A stretch of 64,000 nucleotides of DNA from Paragordius varius (GCA_964247055.1 OZ176056.1:3348001-3412000); one strand, 5' to 3'. Positions 1 to 13,049 are shown, counted from the stretch's first letter. A program made the numbers and translations. Notes: generated by a model from the letters alone, not told the origin.

Positions 1-693
1 GTTGTAATGCGTGCACTAAAATTAAAGTAGGGTATTTCACATTCGCGATCAAAGAGTTTGGGTGAAAAGATAATCTCCAGATAAATTTCATCCGTCGTTA
101 ACCAACTGTGTTGGCTTACAAGACCGTTTACGGTTTCAAACGTAACTGTTTGACATTTTATGCGACTGGTGTTTAGGGTTCGACTCCGTGTAATGTCACA
201 ATTCAAATCATGGTATTGACATATATTATCTACTCATTGTACAAAAGATATCTCAGAATGTAAAAATATTTACGAACTTATTAAAAATATATTCATTTTT
301 GTAACGAAAATCAGAAAAATTTATTGCAAAAACAGTAAAAATTGATTGATATTGTTCAAACAAAACAAAAAATTAACAAATAATTTTCCTTAAATCATAC
401 TTTTTAACCATATTTCCTGTATAAATTATTTAATTACAATTGTAATATATAAATTGTGTCACCAATTTACATCTCTATTTCATAATTTGCAGTTTAAAAC
501 AATGCATTTTTTGAAATGATTTATCTTTTATACTGCCTGTATCCAATTTTCACTGTAACATTACCCAAAAACTCAATCAAATACCTTTGCACGAATTAGA
601 ATTTGATTCATGACCGGCTTCAAATATAGTTAAAACAAAAAGAATCGATAATAATAATAATAACCTATTTCTTTTTAACCATAATATTAACAT
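1..693 (-). CDS. Partial secreted or type-I membrane protein with Cys-containing N-terminus, running off the window start
   Basis: Exon 1 693-585 encodes MLILWLKRNRLLLLLSILFVLTIFEAGHESNSNSCK (signal-peptide-like) with a phase-1 donor AAAG|gtattt. Exon 2 starts at 229 (gagtag|AT) in matching phase and stays open to base 1: DNICQYHDLNCDITRSRTLNTSRIKCQTVTFETVNGLVSQHSWLTTDEIYLEIIFSPKLFDRECEIPYFNFSARIT. No family recognised. Confidence 0.5.
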
Positions 694-950
694 TAACTTT
701 TGGCGTAATCATAAAACAAATCATTTAACACTTATAATTATTATAATTTATACTGTATAAAAAAAATTAAAAATGGTATCATTTATTTTAATTGTTGGTA
801 ATACATTTATGAGTCAGACACTTTTAATTGATTACATTATGATTGCTATTATTAAAAAGAGGCAAAATTAATGATTTGGCATTGGAATTTATTCTTCCGC
901 AGGTAATTATAATCACAAAATTTGATATAATAGTTGAATCTTGTAAAACA

Positions 951-3900
951 TCATATTTTTTCGTTGAGCTTTTTGTCGGCTACACCATTTACATTAGTAT
1001 GAGAGGATTGACTTGTTGAGGGTAGACTAATGTTTTCATTGTTAAGGCTACTTGTAGAACTTAACGAAGTTATTGATGGATTAGTTTTTAATTCACTTTT
1101 AATATTTGCGTTTGCGTTACTATCATCGGATATGATAGATGTCGTTTCATATGTTGATATGGCTAATTGATTTTTTTCAGAATCAGTTGTAAACGTTGGT
1201 TTATTTAGCGTATGCCCTTCATCGCACACATGCTGGCTAAGATTTCGTAGTTTTTCGTCCAAGATTTTATTGGATCGTTCCAATTCCTATTCATATGATT
1301 TATTTATTATATTTATTGAAACATTTCCTGGCACATTAACAACACAAATGTATAAAATGGAATCATATTCTAACCAGGTGCAGACATAAGTCATAGGTTT
1401 AACTAAAAGAAAATGTCAGCGAAAAGTGCGCTAACGATTAACTAGATACACACCTCATATCGTTTAACCAAACGCTACATTTTTTCATCCAAATGCAACA
1501 TTTTCCATCCAATCTTATCGATTGATATTTTTGGCGCACACTGCTTCAACACCAAAAACAATCATTGAAATATTTCTAAAAAAATCTCACCTTTTCAAAC
1601 AAATTCCGTAGTTTTTCAGCCGTGTTCTCCATAGTTGTTAACTGTTCCCTCAGTTCCAAAATTTGATTATCCTTTTCCCGTATTTCCTGTTCAAGTTTTG
1701 TTACAATGTATTGTGTTGTAATAAAATTGGCTTTTATATCTTTGTTTTCGTTAATATCTCTTGCTTGGTGAATGATTGTTCTTAGCGTCAAATCCAAGTC
1801 GGAAAGTTTGCGTTGTCGCTCTAGAAAGTTTTATTAGCTTATTATTATTTGACAAAAAACTTATTTATAAAGATTAATTTAAGAAAAAATTTTTAACCAT
1901 GCTCCTCGTTAACGCCTTGCAATGTGTCATCACGCAATCGCAATTTAATTTTTTCTAGGATACAGTCTTTTTCAATATTCATTAATAGCACTTGGCTAAG
2001 TTGATGCATAAGTTTACGGTTCTATTATACAAAATTTAATTTAAAAAATTAGATAGGAAAAATTTAGCATGATTAGCACCTAATATAATTGGTAAAAAGA
2101 GTTATCTAACCATTTTAAACTGTTTTAATTGTTAAAAACTTATATAATTTATATAGGTCTTTCCCCCTTTTTAAAGATAGATAAAGCAGGGGATTATTTA
2201 TTTATTCAGTTTATAACACTAGACATCTATATAAATTAGTATTTATCTTAAAACATAATCGAAAATCGTCTATATTTGTGACAAGAGACATTATAAAAAT
2301 ATTATATTACATGCATCCAAAGTTATTTGTTAACAAAAAACAAAAAAATACTTCATAATCTCTATTTTGTAATTCCTTCTCTTTGGACAAGCACAAAAGT
2401 TTCAAAGTCGTTAGGGCACAATTCAACATTGTGGGATCTTTACTCCTACCTAGAGCATCGTATTTAGTTGTATCTATTGTTGATGATGTTGCGCCACTAG
2501 AAAGTTGGCCTTGTTTTGAGGCATCTGCAGTAAGAAGTACACCAGAATCGGTAGATATTGGGAGGGTGGAAGAATTCCCAATATTATTACCACCATTAAG
2601 GCTTAATAAACCGGCCCGATTGCTTATGAAAGCTTTTTCTAAATTCACACACCTTTGTTGTAAGAAATGTATGAGGGATTCGTTGTATGCTACGATCGGA
2701 TTAAATAAAAAATGATTTTAAAGCTTTAAATATCTAATAATATATATACTTGATATTTATGCATTATTTTGTGATATTTTAATTTTATATTCTAATCAAA
2801 AACATAATGTTTCTTTAATAACACTAGACAATTTTTGACTTTTTTGAATGCCATTTTTTGTAAATTTGAAATTATTTTAATTAAAGATAGCATATCTGAA
2901 AATAAAATTGGTCTAACCCCTAAGAATTTTTTTTATTTGGGCTAATGGACAATTTTTGGCCTCGATCTAACAGTAAACTCGAATTTTCAAAAATTAAAAG
3001 TTTTAGATATATAGCCATTTATTTTATATCACTCGAAAGAGCGCAAAAGACTTAATCTTTCGAATGATAGTAGGTCATTAAAATTAATCTGATGTAAAAG
3101 TTATAAAGCTTTATATGGTCAAAATATCACCATAAATAAGTCATATCATATATTTTCACAAACAAACTAATTTAAAAAATAAATAATTTTAATAAAATTA
3201 TTAGGGTTACATTAGTAAATAATTAAAAAAAATCTTTAAAGGCTTCTGGCTTGCTATTTTAATAAAAATCATTATCATCATTATTTTACCTAGTGGATAC
3301 TAATCATAATTATAACTGTAATTTTATTGAATAATGGCTATAAAAAATCAAGAATTTAAATTTTATTTCTGGTCTTTGGAATTTTATGTAACCCTTTTAA
3401 GGAAATTTAATATTGATGAGATGTAAATTTAAAAAACAACTAAAAATGGCTGTTTTGAACTTAAAAGCAATAAATAAGTGTTTTTATCAAAAAAACTTTT
3501 TTGTGTTATAGACATTCATTGCCATCTATACAGAGTTTGAGCTATTATAATTCATGGGTATTAAAAATATACTTATTTAAAAAAACGCTCTCGCTTTGCG
3601 GGTTTGTCGCTTCCTATCCAATAATAACTATCGATGTAAAACATATTAGTATGCATTTTATAGAGTTTTCATTGCTTTTTTGAATGATAGATTACAAATG
3701 CCTATTTTGCATGTAAACTGCAAATGTGTCAAACAACTATGAAATTTTATCGGTAATCCATGGCCCTTGCGACAAGATAAATATTTTTGCGGCCCTTTAA
3801 AAACTTTTTGGTGAGTAACATTTATCTATTATTACCTTTATCAGCAGCTAGATGCACCGACGTGTTTGGTTGAAAATTTTGGGATACCGATGCCATTAAA

Positions 3901-5407
3901 TTGGAAGCACTTGATATTTGAGATAGGGGTTGAGTATGAGGCCTAATTGAAGAATTTGTTAATTTGGGCAACCAATTTTTTGAATATTCAGTATTGTTTA
4001 GGGTAGATATCATAAGGGCCAATTTATTTAAATCTATATAATTTGGGGCATTTTCATTTGATATTGTATTTACCGAAGAGTGTTGTAACATAGATATTTG
4101 TGTAGCAAGTTCAGATATTTTGTCTTCATACACGGTTTTAAGATCGTTAATTTGGGCATCAACCATTTTGGTTTGATTTTGTAACATATTTTGGAGTTTA
4201 GTTAATTCTGTATAGCATAATATATTATAGAGACTTTATTTAAAATAAATAAAAATGATTAGGGGATAAAATGATAAAAAAATTTGCCCACCCTACCAGA
4301 CTCATTTAACATTGAAAGCTCATCAGGCTTTTTTGATAAATGAAAATTAATTAATTAATGCACACAAATTACAATACCAAAATATTCGTTGATAACCCTT
4401 AAAGTCGACTTTAAATCAATATTACACATTAAAAGTTGAATATTATATGAAAAATTAAATTACATTCACAATGACAAAACCAAAAAAATAATCCCTAACT
4501 TCATTTTACCTACCAGAATTTTGAGATTCGGTTCGTAGTTTTTCCATCTGCTCTTTCAAATCTTGTATTTGCTTTCGACTGGCTTCAAGACTTTCCTGAT
4601 TAGATTTGATAGAAGTGGCAATATCTTGCGTTACATTATCCAATTTTTGGCCCAGCTGTAAGGTCCATTGATTACGCTCCTCTTTATCATCAAATTTATC
4701 AATTAGTCCTTTCAATTGAAATTGGAGACTTATAAACTCCTTATCTTTTTCATGCAAGATTTGGGTTATTTGCCCAAACTGATCATTAATTTTATCTTCC
4801 AAATTGTGGACATTAGCACGCATCTACAAAAATTGGGATTTAAAATAAAAGTAATTAAATAATTTAACGTAGTATTATATCCTTGAAAAAATCTTTCAAA
4901 TACTATGTTAATAAATCTAATTTGTCCTTTAATAAAAATTCATTTTATTACAAGTCGCCCGAATTATTAGATACAACACATTTATTTTGGTCCCTAGATT
5001 CAAATTGGGGTAGTTGGATACTCCAGGCCGTTTAAACTTGAATAATTCAAAAATTATGGAATGAATTGAAACCTTAGCAAAAATTTGCACATTTATAACA
5101 TTATTGAACCAACATATATAAAAATCATTGAAAAATACTTGCTATTACTTATTTTTAGTAAAAACCTCAAGGTAAAAATTTAGTCAACTTGACCTGTAAG
5201 CATCAGTTAAATTTAAAAATTATTATACAAAATAAACCATTTTTTCTTTTTCTCTCATTGTTAGATGTAATTTAAATAAAAAATTAGCTTTCAATTTAGC
5301 TTTAAAATCATTTAGACATTTTGCAAAAATGATGTAAAATAAAAATGGCGTCGAAGTAGATTGATATGGAACTTTTTAAAACCAAATTTTATTTAGATAT
5401 TTCGACT

Positions 5408-5438
<31 letters not shown>

Positions 5439-6146
5439 GATTAGGATAAAAGCATAATTTAAATTGGGACCATTTCTTTTAGTAGTTTTTAAAATATAAA
5501 TTTAAATATAGTCTGGGGTATTTAGATACCCCAATTTGAATCGAAGTGTTAATTGGCAAAAATGAGCGATCTTATATATCTAAACAAATTTTTTAAATAA
5601 ATCTATCTTATTGACAACAAATAAACAAAATGTTATATAGCGTTAGCATTTTACAGTCTTATACTTGAAATCTTAAAATATTTTCGAATTCCCATATATA
5701 TTTCAAATTCGGCCCGTGTAATTTTTGCGCTAAAAATGTGACCTGCGAAGCCATTTGTGTTAGAACACGCCTAATTCTAAATCAAGAGTGTTTATAGCAC
5801 AACCCTTAATTTCGCAATATTAAATCATTATTTTACAATGTTTTACCATTTCAAGGGCTAAATCTATTTGATGATGATTTGTATTAGGGGGTAATCCATA
5901 CTCATGAGAAATTTGTTCATAGTTTACTGATGTTGGCACGACGATTCCATTTAACATAAAATTTTCATCTTTTCTATATTTACTAGTTTGCGGTTGTTGA
6001 TCTTGATGTTGTGATGTGGAAGGCACATTTCGAATGTTAATTTCAGAATTTTTGTTGATCAGATTTATATTGGAATTTTCGGTGTCAGATATGTTGCTAT
6101 CAAGGGATAAGGCTTCCCGTAATTTAGCTCTTACAGTAGTGTCCAT
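951..6146 (-). CDS. Uncharacterised coiled-coil protein, 7 exons, about 669 aa
   Basis: Exons 6146-5847, 4823-4514, 4207-3836, 2689-2352, 2021-1898, 1820-1591, 1286-951. All junctions are GT-AG with compatible phases; total 2010 nt ending in TGA. Heptad-rich segments (LEASRKQIQDLKEQMEKLR; LEQEIREKDNQILELREQL) are separated by S/T/N-rich linkers. Confidence 0.8.
2822..3710 (+). mobile_element. Non-autonomous DNA element with CACTAGAC terminus (truncated copy) in intron 3 of the coiled-coil gene
   Basis: Begins taa|CACTAGACAATTTTT. Matches the reverse complement of about 26420-27353 along its length (e.g. AAAATGGCTGTTTTGA, GTATGCATTTTATAGAGTTTT). Confidence 0.7.
4968..5548 (+). mobile_element. 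piggyBac-type TTAA MITE, copy A (left end eroded)
   Basis: Contains the family palindromes GGGGTAGTTGGATACTCC and GGGGTATTTAGATACCCC; ends ...GAATCGAAGTG|TTAA. Confidence 0.8.
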
Positions 6147-6299
6147 AAAATTCTTTTTATTTATTTATATAGTATTAATTTATTACGCATATTTTGGCTA
6201 TAAAAAAATTTTACCATAAAAGAATGCAAAATAAGTTTATATTCTAAAAACATTATTTTAGAGTACTAAAATTTATAGCATCAAATATGAAAATAAATG

Positions 6300-7250
6300 C
6301 GATTGCGATAACTTGCTATTAGCGAAAAAACTAATTACACATTTTCCCCATCTCAGGTATTATATAAAAGCCGTGGTAACCAGCAAAACATTTTTAGCCT
6401 CTTAAAAATCATTGACAGATTCGAATTTGTAATCAGATAGCGCGGGACCAGGAGAACTCAGCAGATGCGAAAAAATTTCCCATAAAGCAATTCATGGTGG
6501 CTTTGTGAAACGGAACATTGCAGTGAGCAAAATCACTTTTCCATGTTTTCTCACCAATTTCGGTCGTTTTATGCAAGGTTAAATTAACAATTGTTGGCAG
6601 CGTGTTACGCCAGGATTCAAAAGTTCATGAAAAACAATACCTCATACCACACAAAAAGCGTGATTTGGCATTGGTGTTGATTAAACGGGTTGGCAAGATA
6701 GAAATGATTTTTTTGCTTTGAATTTAAGAAAGAAAGCTATTTCTCAACAACCGTCTCAATTCGATAAAAAAAATAATTTCTTTTCGTGACGTTGCAGGAT
6801 TTAACAGTCACTTTAAAATTTTATGGATTAGATTACTGAGTTTGTTGGTGGCTCGTAAACATTTTTTAATCGTTTTTTGTAATGTGTCATTCTACCAATT
6901 GTTGTTAACTTTGAGTTGGAATCACCATTTTGCACTTTAGCGTCTTCGCAGTTGTGTAAACTCTACCAAAGACCCCATACTCTTTCCCATAAAATCACAA
7001 CTTTTAATATTTCAAAACCATGCTTCACATCGGAATAGACGAATGGTTATTATAATGAAGGATAACTTTCAACAGCCTTTTTCTCCTTATGTTCTTGTTT
7101 CACGACAAGATTTTTGAATTATACAATAAAGACACTTGTTTATACAAAATAAACTGGTGTGTTGCTTACTTTTAATGTCATACGAACCAAAGCGGGTCTG
7201 AAATAAATTATAGTCTGCACACTATCCGCTTATCTTATAACCGGCAATAA
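6300..7250 (-). mobile_element. Degenerate mariner transposon remnant
   Basis: Minus-strand translation with stops and shifts gives FFYRIETVVEK (RIVTGDEKW-like), GIVFHELLNPG (GVIxYELLxPG-like) and LWEIFSHLLSSPGPALSDY (WEVLPHPPYSPDLAPSDY-like). Boundaries are approximate. Confidence 0.75.
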
Positions 7251-7508
7251 CTTAACTACATCTGGTACATATATTGATAAATTGTAGTTCATTAAAAAAT
7301 AATAAATCATAAAACTTATCGTAATCACAATTCAAAAATTACATTAAATAACTCATCACTGTAAAATTAGGTTGATTATTATTGAGGCAGACCCGATTCA
7401 ATATGTATTTATAACACAGCATATAAAAAATAACTGGATACTTAAAATATAATTTTATAATTTATTACTAAATACAGATATAAAATATAAGAATAAGTAA
7501 AATGGATT

Positions 7509-8244
7509 TTATCTCAAAAATGTTTGTTGCAAAGGATTTTGGTGTCCAGAATTAAATAAAGAGGGGCGATTAGGATTTATGCCTGTGAGAAAATATCTTG
7601 GCTGTTGATTTAAATCTAATTGAAAAAAAATACAGAAAATAAAAAAATTTTAATAAAACAAATTAATACTTTGTATGTTAGGTTGGTTTTGTAAACGAAG
7701 TTGAGGTATAACATTTGGATTTTGCAAGGCATACGATTGAAATTGTAACTGAGATATTGGGTCCTTTTATTTTTTTAAGTAAATAAAATTTTTAATTACG
7801 ATTTTTTAAATAAATTTAATATAAATATTAGACTTTTTTGGGTGATTTTAATTTGTAATTTGGTGCTAGTAAACAAAATCTATCAGGAGGTATACACAGA
7901 CCCTGTTGTTCTTTTATGGGCGGAAGCGGCTCGCAATTTTTTGCCTTGGCTAAACTACTTAAATTCTATAATAATTATTTTAAAATACCATATTATGCAA
8001 ATGGTAATGAATATTACGCATATTTACTGACATCTTAAGATCTTCCAAATCTATACTGCTCTTACTAGCGTGATTAGATATTATTTTAGCATCCTCTAAA
8101 ACTTCGGACGTATTTTCTTATATATTAAATTATGTATTTACTGTAGATATATTCTAAAATCAAATTAACAATGGAAGGTGGATATTCTTGAATCCCTAAA
8201 TCGGATAAAATCTGTTGGATTTCTTTGCACAGTTTTTCGCTCAT
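7509..8244 (-). CDS. TAF9: TFIID subunit 9, 5 exons, 187 aa, with 25-nt and 23-nt introns
   Basis: Exons 8244-8142, 8116-7989, 7965-7834, 7763-7670, 7615-7509. Protein MSEKLCKEIQQILSDLGIQEYPPSIVNLILEYIYKNTSEVLEDAKIISNHASKSSIDLEDLKMSV...NLSSLAKAKNCEPLPPIKEQQGLCIPPDRFCLLAPNYKLK is colinear with the TAF9 histone fold and the PPDRYCLTAPNYRLK motif. Exons 4-5 (Q/N/P-rich tail) are less certain; without them the protein would stop at TAA 7830-7828. Confidence 0.93.
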
Positions 8245-8379
8245 GTGTTAGTAAATGCGAGTATACAAAAAATGTGACATTGGAATAGAACGGTGCGCAG
8301 CAAAAATGCTATATTCATAAAAATCGATTTTGTCGCATAGGCCAATAACTGCTTCTGAAATCAAGGGGTATAAAAAATT

Positions 8380-9992
8380 ATATAAATTGCATCAGTATCA
8401 TGGTGCTTTTAGTTTTGGCCCTTATTTTAACATTTCGACTCAAATTGGGGTATCTAAATACCCCAGACCGAATTTGAATTAGGATTTTTAAAAAACTACT
8501 GAAGGAAACGGTCCAAATTTAAATTTATGCTTCTATCCTGATAAATATGATATAAATATGCCCAAATATCTAAATAAAATTTTGTTATGACAAAAAAATG
8601 TATTTCAAACTACTTCGACACCATTTTTATTTTAAAAAATTTTTGCAAAATATCGTCTTCATTTAATTTTAAGGGTAGAATTAAATTTAATTTTATATTT
8701 GAATTACGTCTAACATTGATAGAAATAGAAAAAGCGGTGTTTTTTGCATTATTTTTCATTTTTACTATTGCACACATGTAGATTTGATTAAATTTTTACC
8801 TTTCGGTTTTAGCTTAAAATAAGTAATATCAAGTATTTTTTAAATTTTTTTATATATTTCGGTTTATTAATGTTATATAAGTGAATTTTGCCATGGTTTC
8901 GAATCCTTTCATATTTTTAAAAAATTTAATTTTAAACAGGCCTAGGGTATTTAACTATCCCAATTTGAATCGAAGGACTAAAATGAATGTGTTGTTATAA
9001 GTGTTAAGAAAGGTTTTTTAACTTTTATGGTAAGGGCTTCATATCAAAAATGACAAATTCGCCCAATAAGTTTAAGAATATTTTAGGAGGATCTAAATGC
9101 TTCATTCCAAATAAAAACATTAAATATAATAAATACATATAATAAAACAATACATTATAATAAATTTAGATTTGGGTTTCTAAAGTCCTAAATTTTTTGC
9201 ATTTCTAAAACGATTCTCCTAAAATCACAAAGTAAATGATGAAAATTTATATATGCCGTTTGACTAAATATATTATAAAGCATGCATTTTAAAATTAAAT
9301 TTTTAACCAAATTTTATTGAATCGTAATTCATACTATTTTAAGGCATGATGGAAACGGTATAAATACGCTTTATGAAAACACGTTTTCTATAAATTCTAT
9401 AATGCTGACATTTCTCAGGTTGATTAAATTATTTATTTGTTTTTACATTTAGGTTAAATATAAATTGCCTTTTTATACAAAAATACACCAAAATTTAAAA
9501 GCTAACAAATATTTAAAAAACCTAAGGTATTACAAATGCTCGGCATAATGGAATTATCTAGAAAATGTTAACTTATAATGAAATGTTTTTATGCCGATGC
9601 TCTAAAATGGTATATATATTTATTTAATATATCCATTTATTGGAATAAATTTTGATATCAAAATTTAACATTTTTCAATATTTATTGCGCAATATCGGCC
9701 GTTTCACCGAACGAACTTCCATTTCGCACGGATCCAATTTGCCACTTGTGAAGCCACATCTAAAATAAAAATTTTATAAAAATATCATTTTGCTTTTTTA
9801 TATGTAGTTTATGATATATTTTTTTAATTTTGGAATAAAGCATTAGCTTTTACAAAAATTATAACTATAGCCCAATTTGTCATTTTCTGATATGGAGCAG
9901 TATCACAAAAGTATAAATATCTTAGACTTGTCAGGCTCAAAACAAAAAGAACCATAAGAAAACTGATACATTTATCTATTAGAGTATATATA
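8380..9992. mobile_element. Foldback/long-TIR non-autonomous element, copy 1, interrupted by piggyBac MITE B
   Basis: Left ATCATGGTGCTTTTAGTTTTGGCCC and right CAAAACAAAAAGAACCATAAGAAAACTGATACATTTATCTATTAGAGTATATA match the termini of 25752-27963. Family sequence resumes immediately after the MITE at 9004. Confidence 0.65.
8431..9003 (-). mobile_element. piggyBac-type TTAA MITE, copy B
   Basis: TTAA at 8427-8430 and 9004-9007; family palindromes near both ends. Confidence 0.85.
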
Positions 9993-10561
9993 TTCAATAA
10001 GGTTATTTTTTATGACACTCTGTAATCTACGAGTTATCAGGATCATAAAAAAACAAAGAAGCACAGAGAAATTTTGTTCAGAGACATAAATAATTAAATA
10101 AAACACAACCAGAAATAATAAATTTTAAGCTCTAAGAGCGGTGGCTATTTCAACTGTTATAGTCAGACAATATATTTAATAAATAAAACGGGCTTAACCA
10201 ATAATTATATTCATTATCATACAGGAGTGGGATTTTAGGAATTTGTCAAAAACCTATAAGAAGTATTGTGTATCACAAATTATTGATTCCAATTTCTATG
10301 CCTGGGTGTCAATATTTAAAAACTAATTTATATTAATACCTTTCGACTCATTTACTTAATTCATTATATTTAATAGTGTTTTTGAAACATTTATAGTTTA
10401 ATTTACCCATGGAGGTAAAGATTTCAAAATAGAGCTTTTTGTCGCTAGTAATTTTCCAGTGCGACCGTAAGTATTACAACCCGGCTTATATTTATTAAAT
10501 TATAATTAATCTGCTTTGGCTAAAATGTAAGAGATTGAAAGGACGAGATTTGCTCAATTAA

Positions 10562-11142
10562 CACTTGGATACAACACATTCATTTTAGTCCTTCGATTCA
10601 AATTGGGGTAGTTAAATACCCCAGGCCAGTTTAAAATCAAATTCTTTTAAAAATATGGAAGGAATCAAAACCATGGCAAAATTTTGCACTTACATAACAT
10701 TAGTAAACCGAAATATATAAAAGATTTTATTTAAAAATACTTGATATTATTTATTTTAAGCTAGAACCGAAACGTAAAAATTTCGTCAACGTGACATGTG
10801 TCAAATGGTAAAATTAAAAAAAAATACACAATAAACCGCTTTTTCTATTTCTATCAATGTTAGATGTAATTTATATTAAAAATTAGCTTTAGTTTCACCC
10901 CTAAAATTTAATGAAGACGATATTTTGCAAAAATTTTGTAAAATAAAAATGGCGTCGAAGTAGTTTGAGATGGAACTTTTTTTTTTCAAAACATTTTATC
11001 AAGATGTTTTGGCATATTTGTATAATTTTTATCAGGATAGAAGCATAAATTTAAATTTGGACCGTTTCCTTCAGTAGTTTTTTAAAAATATTAATTTAAA
11101 TTTAGTCTGGGGTATTTAAATACCCCAATTTGAATCCAAGTG
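10562..11142 (+). mobile_element. piggyBac-type TTAA MITE, copy C
   Basis: TTAA|CACTTGGATACAACAC ... GAATCCAAGTG|TCAA; GGGGTA...TACCCC palindromes at both ends. Confidence 0.85.
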
Positions 11143-12019
11143 TCAAACATATATAATATTTTTTAAACTTACAAAAAGGCGACCTTTTGATCGCTCCAAC
11201 CTGTTGCTAAAATGAATTTCGGAAATTTTGCTTAATAATATAAAATTTATGGGTGTAAAAACTTGACATTCATAATCACTGTCAGGTCTTAGGAGGCGAG
11301 GCAAAGCTTGTACGCCTTTACATACGATTCAAGTTATTAATCATCAATAAGAAAAAGAATTTAGCATATATGGCAGAAAGTAAAACGTCTAACTGTAAAC
11401 AATTTCGAGCATGACATGCATAAGTAGGACTATGAATTGGGTTTTCTATTTCTTTATCTTTAAATATTCACATACTTTGAATTTTCTTATTTTTAATTTA
11501 TATCGATGCCATTTCATTAAGTTTACGGGATTGAATAAAAAATTTGTGGTTTATTATGGAAGTTATTTGCATGCATCAATTTATCGTTTAAATTAGGAGT
11601 TCCTAACTGATTCCGGCCGCATTTTCGAACAAAAAAATCCGAAAAATATATTTTATTAATTTCAGACATAAATCTGTAAAAAATATGAAAACAGAATTTC
11701 AACAATAAATCTTTTTACCTCATCAATATTTTGTGAAATATGGAACTTTATGTTTATAGGTAATTTTTCCAAATTTACAAATATCTCGTATCCGTATTGT
11801 ATTTCCCTGGTTTATATCAATGGTTATTATTAAAAAAATATTTTTAATTGAATTTTTATATTCTTGATTTAACGGACAGGTTCAATGGCAATTTTTAAAC
11901 GGGACTTCATAATTCGTAATATGTTTTTTATATAGGTTCGACATAAATCCATACTTTTCCAAACGATCCTCATATTTCATTTTAAACCAAAAAACATAAT
12001 TAATTATATATATTAATAA

Positions 12020-13049
12020 CTAGCGTAAATCTCGTGCTGCTACGCAGCCTGAGAAAATCCTTCGGACTTATGGGAGGGGGGGCAATTATTACGAAACATT
12101 ATTTAATAGCTATGATCTCATAGGCAAAACGGTGCATTCATACTAATATATTGTTTACTTAGGCGAAAAATAGATTCAAAAAATTATTTTTGTGGACTTT
12201 GTTTTGAAAAAATGGCATTTTACGGGGGAGCGGGTAAAAAGAGGGCCTAAGTTAAGAAAGCGAGACGACTGTGTTCGGCGAAATCGAAAATAACTAAACA
12301 AAAATCATATTTGAATTTGAATGTCCAACACCTTCTCCGGAAAATTGTCTCAAAGACACGATTTTTGTGGACTTGTTTTCGAAAAAACCCATTTTTCACA
12401 CGCTGTGAGCCCGAACTGGGGGCCTATATCAAAAAAGGGCGAAGCTATTGTCGGGGCATTCATTAATGATTATATTTTTTCGATATTTGGATTTGAATGG
12501 GTCTACCGGTTTTCCGGTACCAGATCACAAAGCCACATGACGGGTCAGTTTTTCGCGGGTAGCTCCTTACTCATCAGCTATCATCAAAGAAACGCCTGAC
12601 TAAAATTTTTGCCTTCAGGGAATACGTAGAATCCTTATTGAATTTTTAGGGTCTCATACCTTTGGAATAGATTCAAAAAAAATTTTTTGTGGACTTTGTT
12701 TTTTGAAAAAATGGCATTTTACAGGAGGAGCGGGTAAAAAGAGGGCCTAATTAAAAGGGCGAGACGACTATGTTTGGCGCAATCGAAAATAACTAAACGA
12801 AAATCATAGAAATTGAATGGTCCAACACGTTCTCTGGCCTCAAAGACACGATTTTTGTGTTTTGTCTTCAAAAAAACCCATTTTTCACACGGGGTGGGCC
12901 CGAACTGGGGGCCTATATCAAAAAAGGGCGAAGCTATTGTCGGGGCATTCATTAATGATTATATTTTTTCGATTGGATTTGAATGGGTCTACCGGTTTTC
13001 CGGTATCAGATCAAAAGGCCAGCATTTTCCATTTTTATAAATATATAGA
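12020..13049 (-). mobile_element. Non-autonomous Helitron with an internal tandem duplication
   Basis: Minus-strand 5' end A|TCTATATATTTATAAAAATG at 13049; 3' end with hairpin GCTGC-GTA-GCAGC, then ACGAGATTTACG-CTAG|T at 12020. A|T target, no TSD. Internal repeat units 12169-12533 and 12666-13020. Confidence 0.85.

Noticed and set aside
165-200. GGTTCGACTCC resembling a tRNA T-loop or B box
   Set aside because: No cloverleaf or A box at the proper spacing; the sequence is the antisense of an open coding exon.
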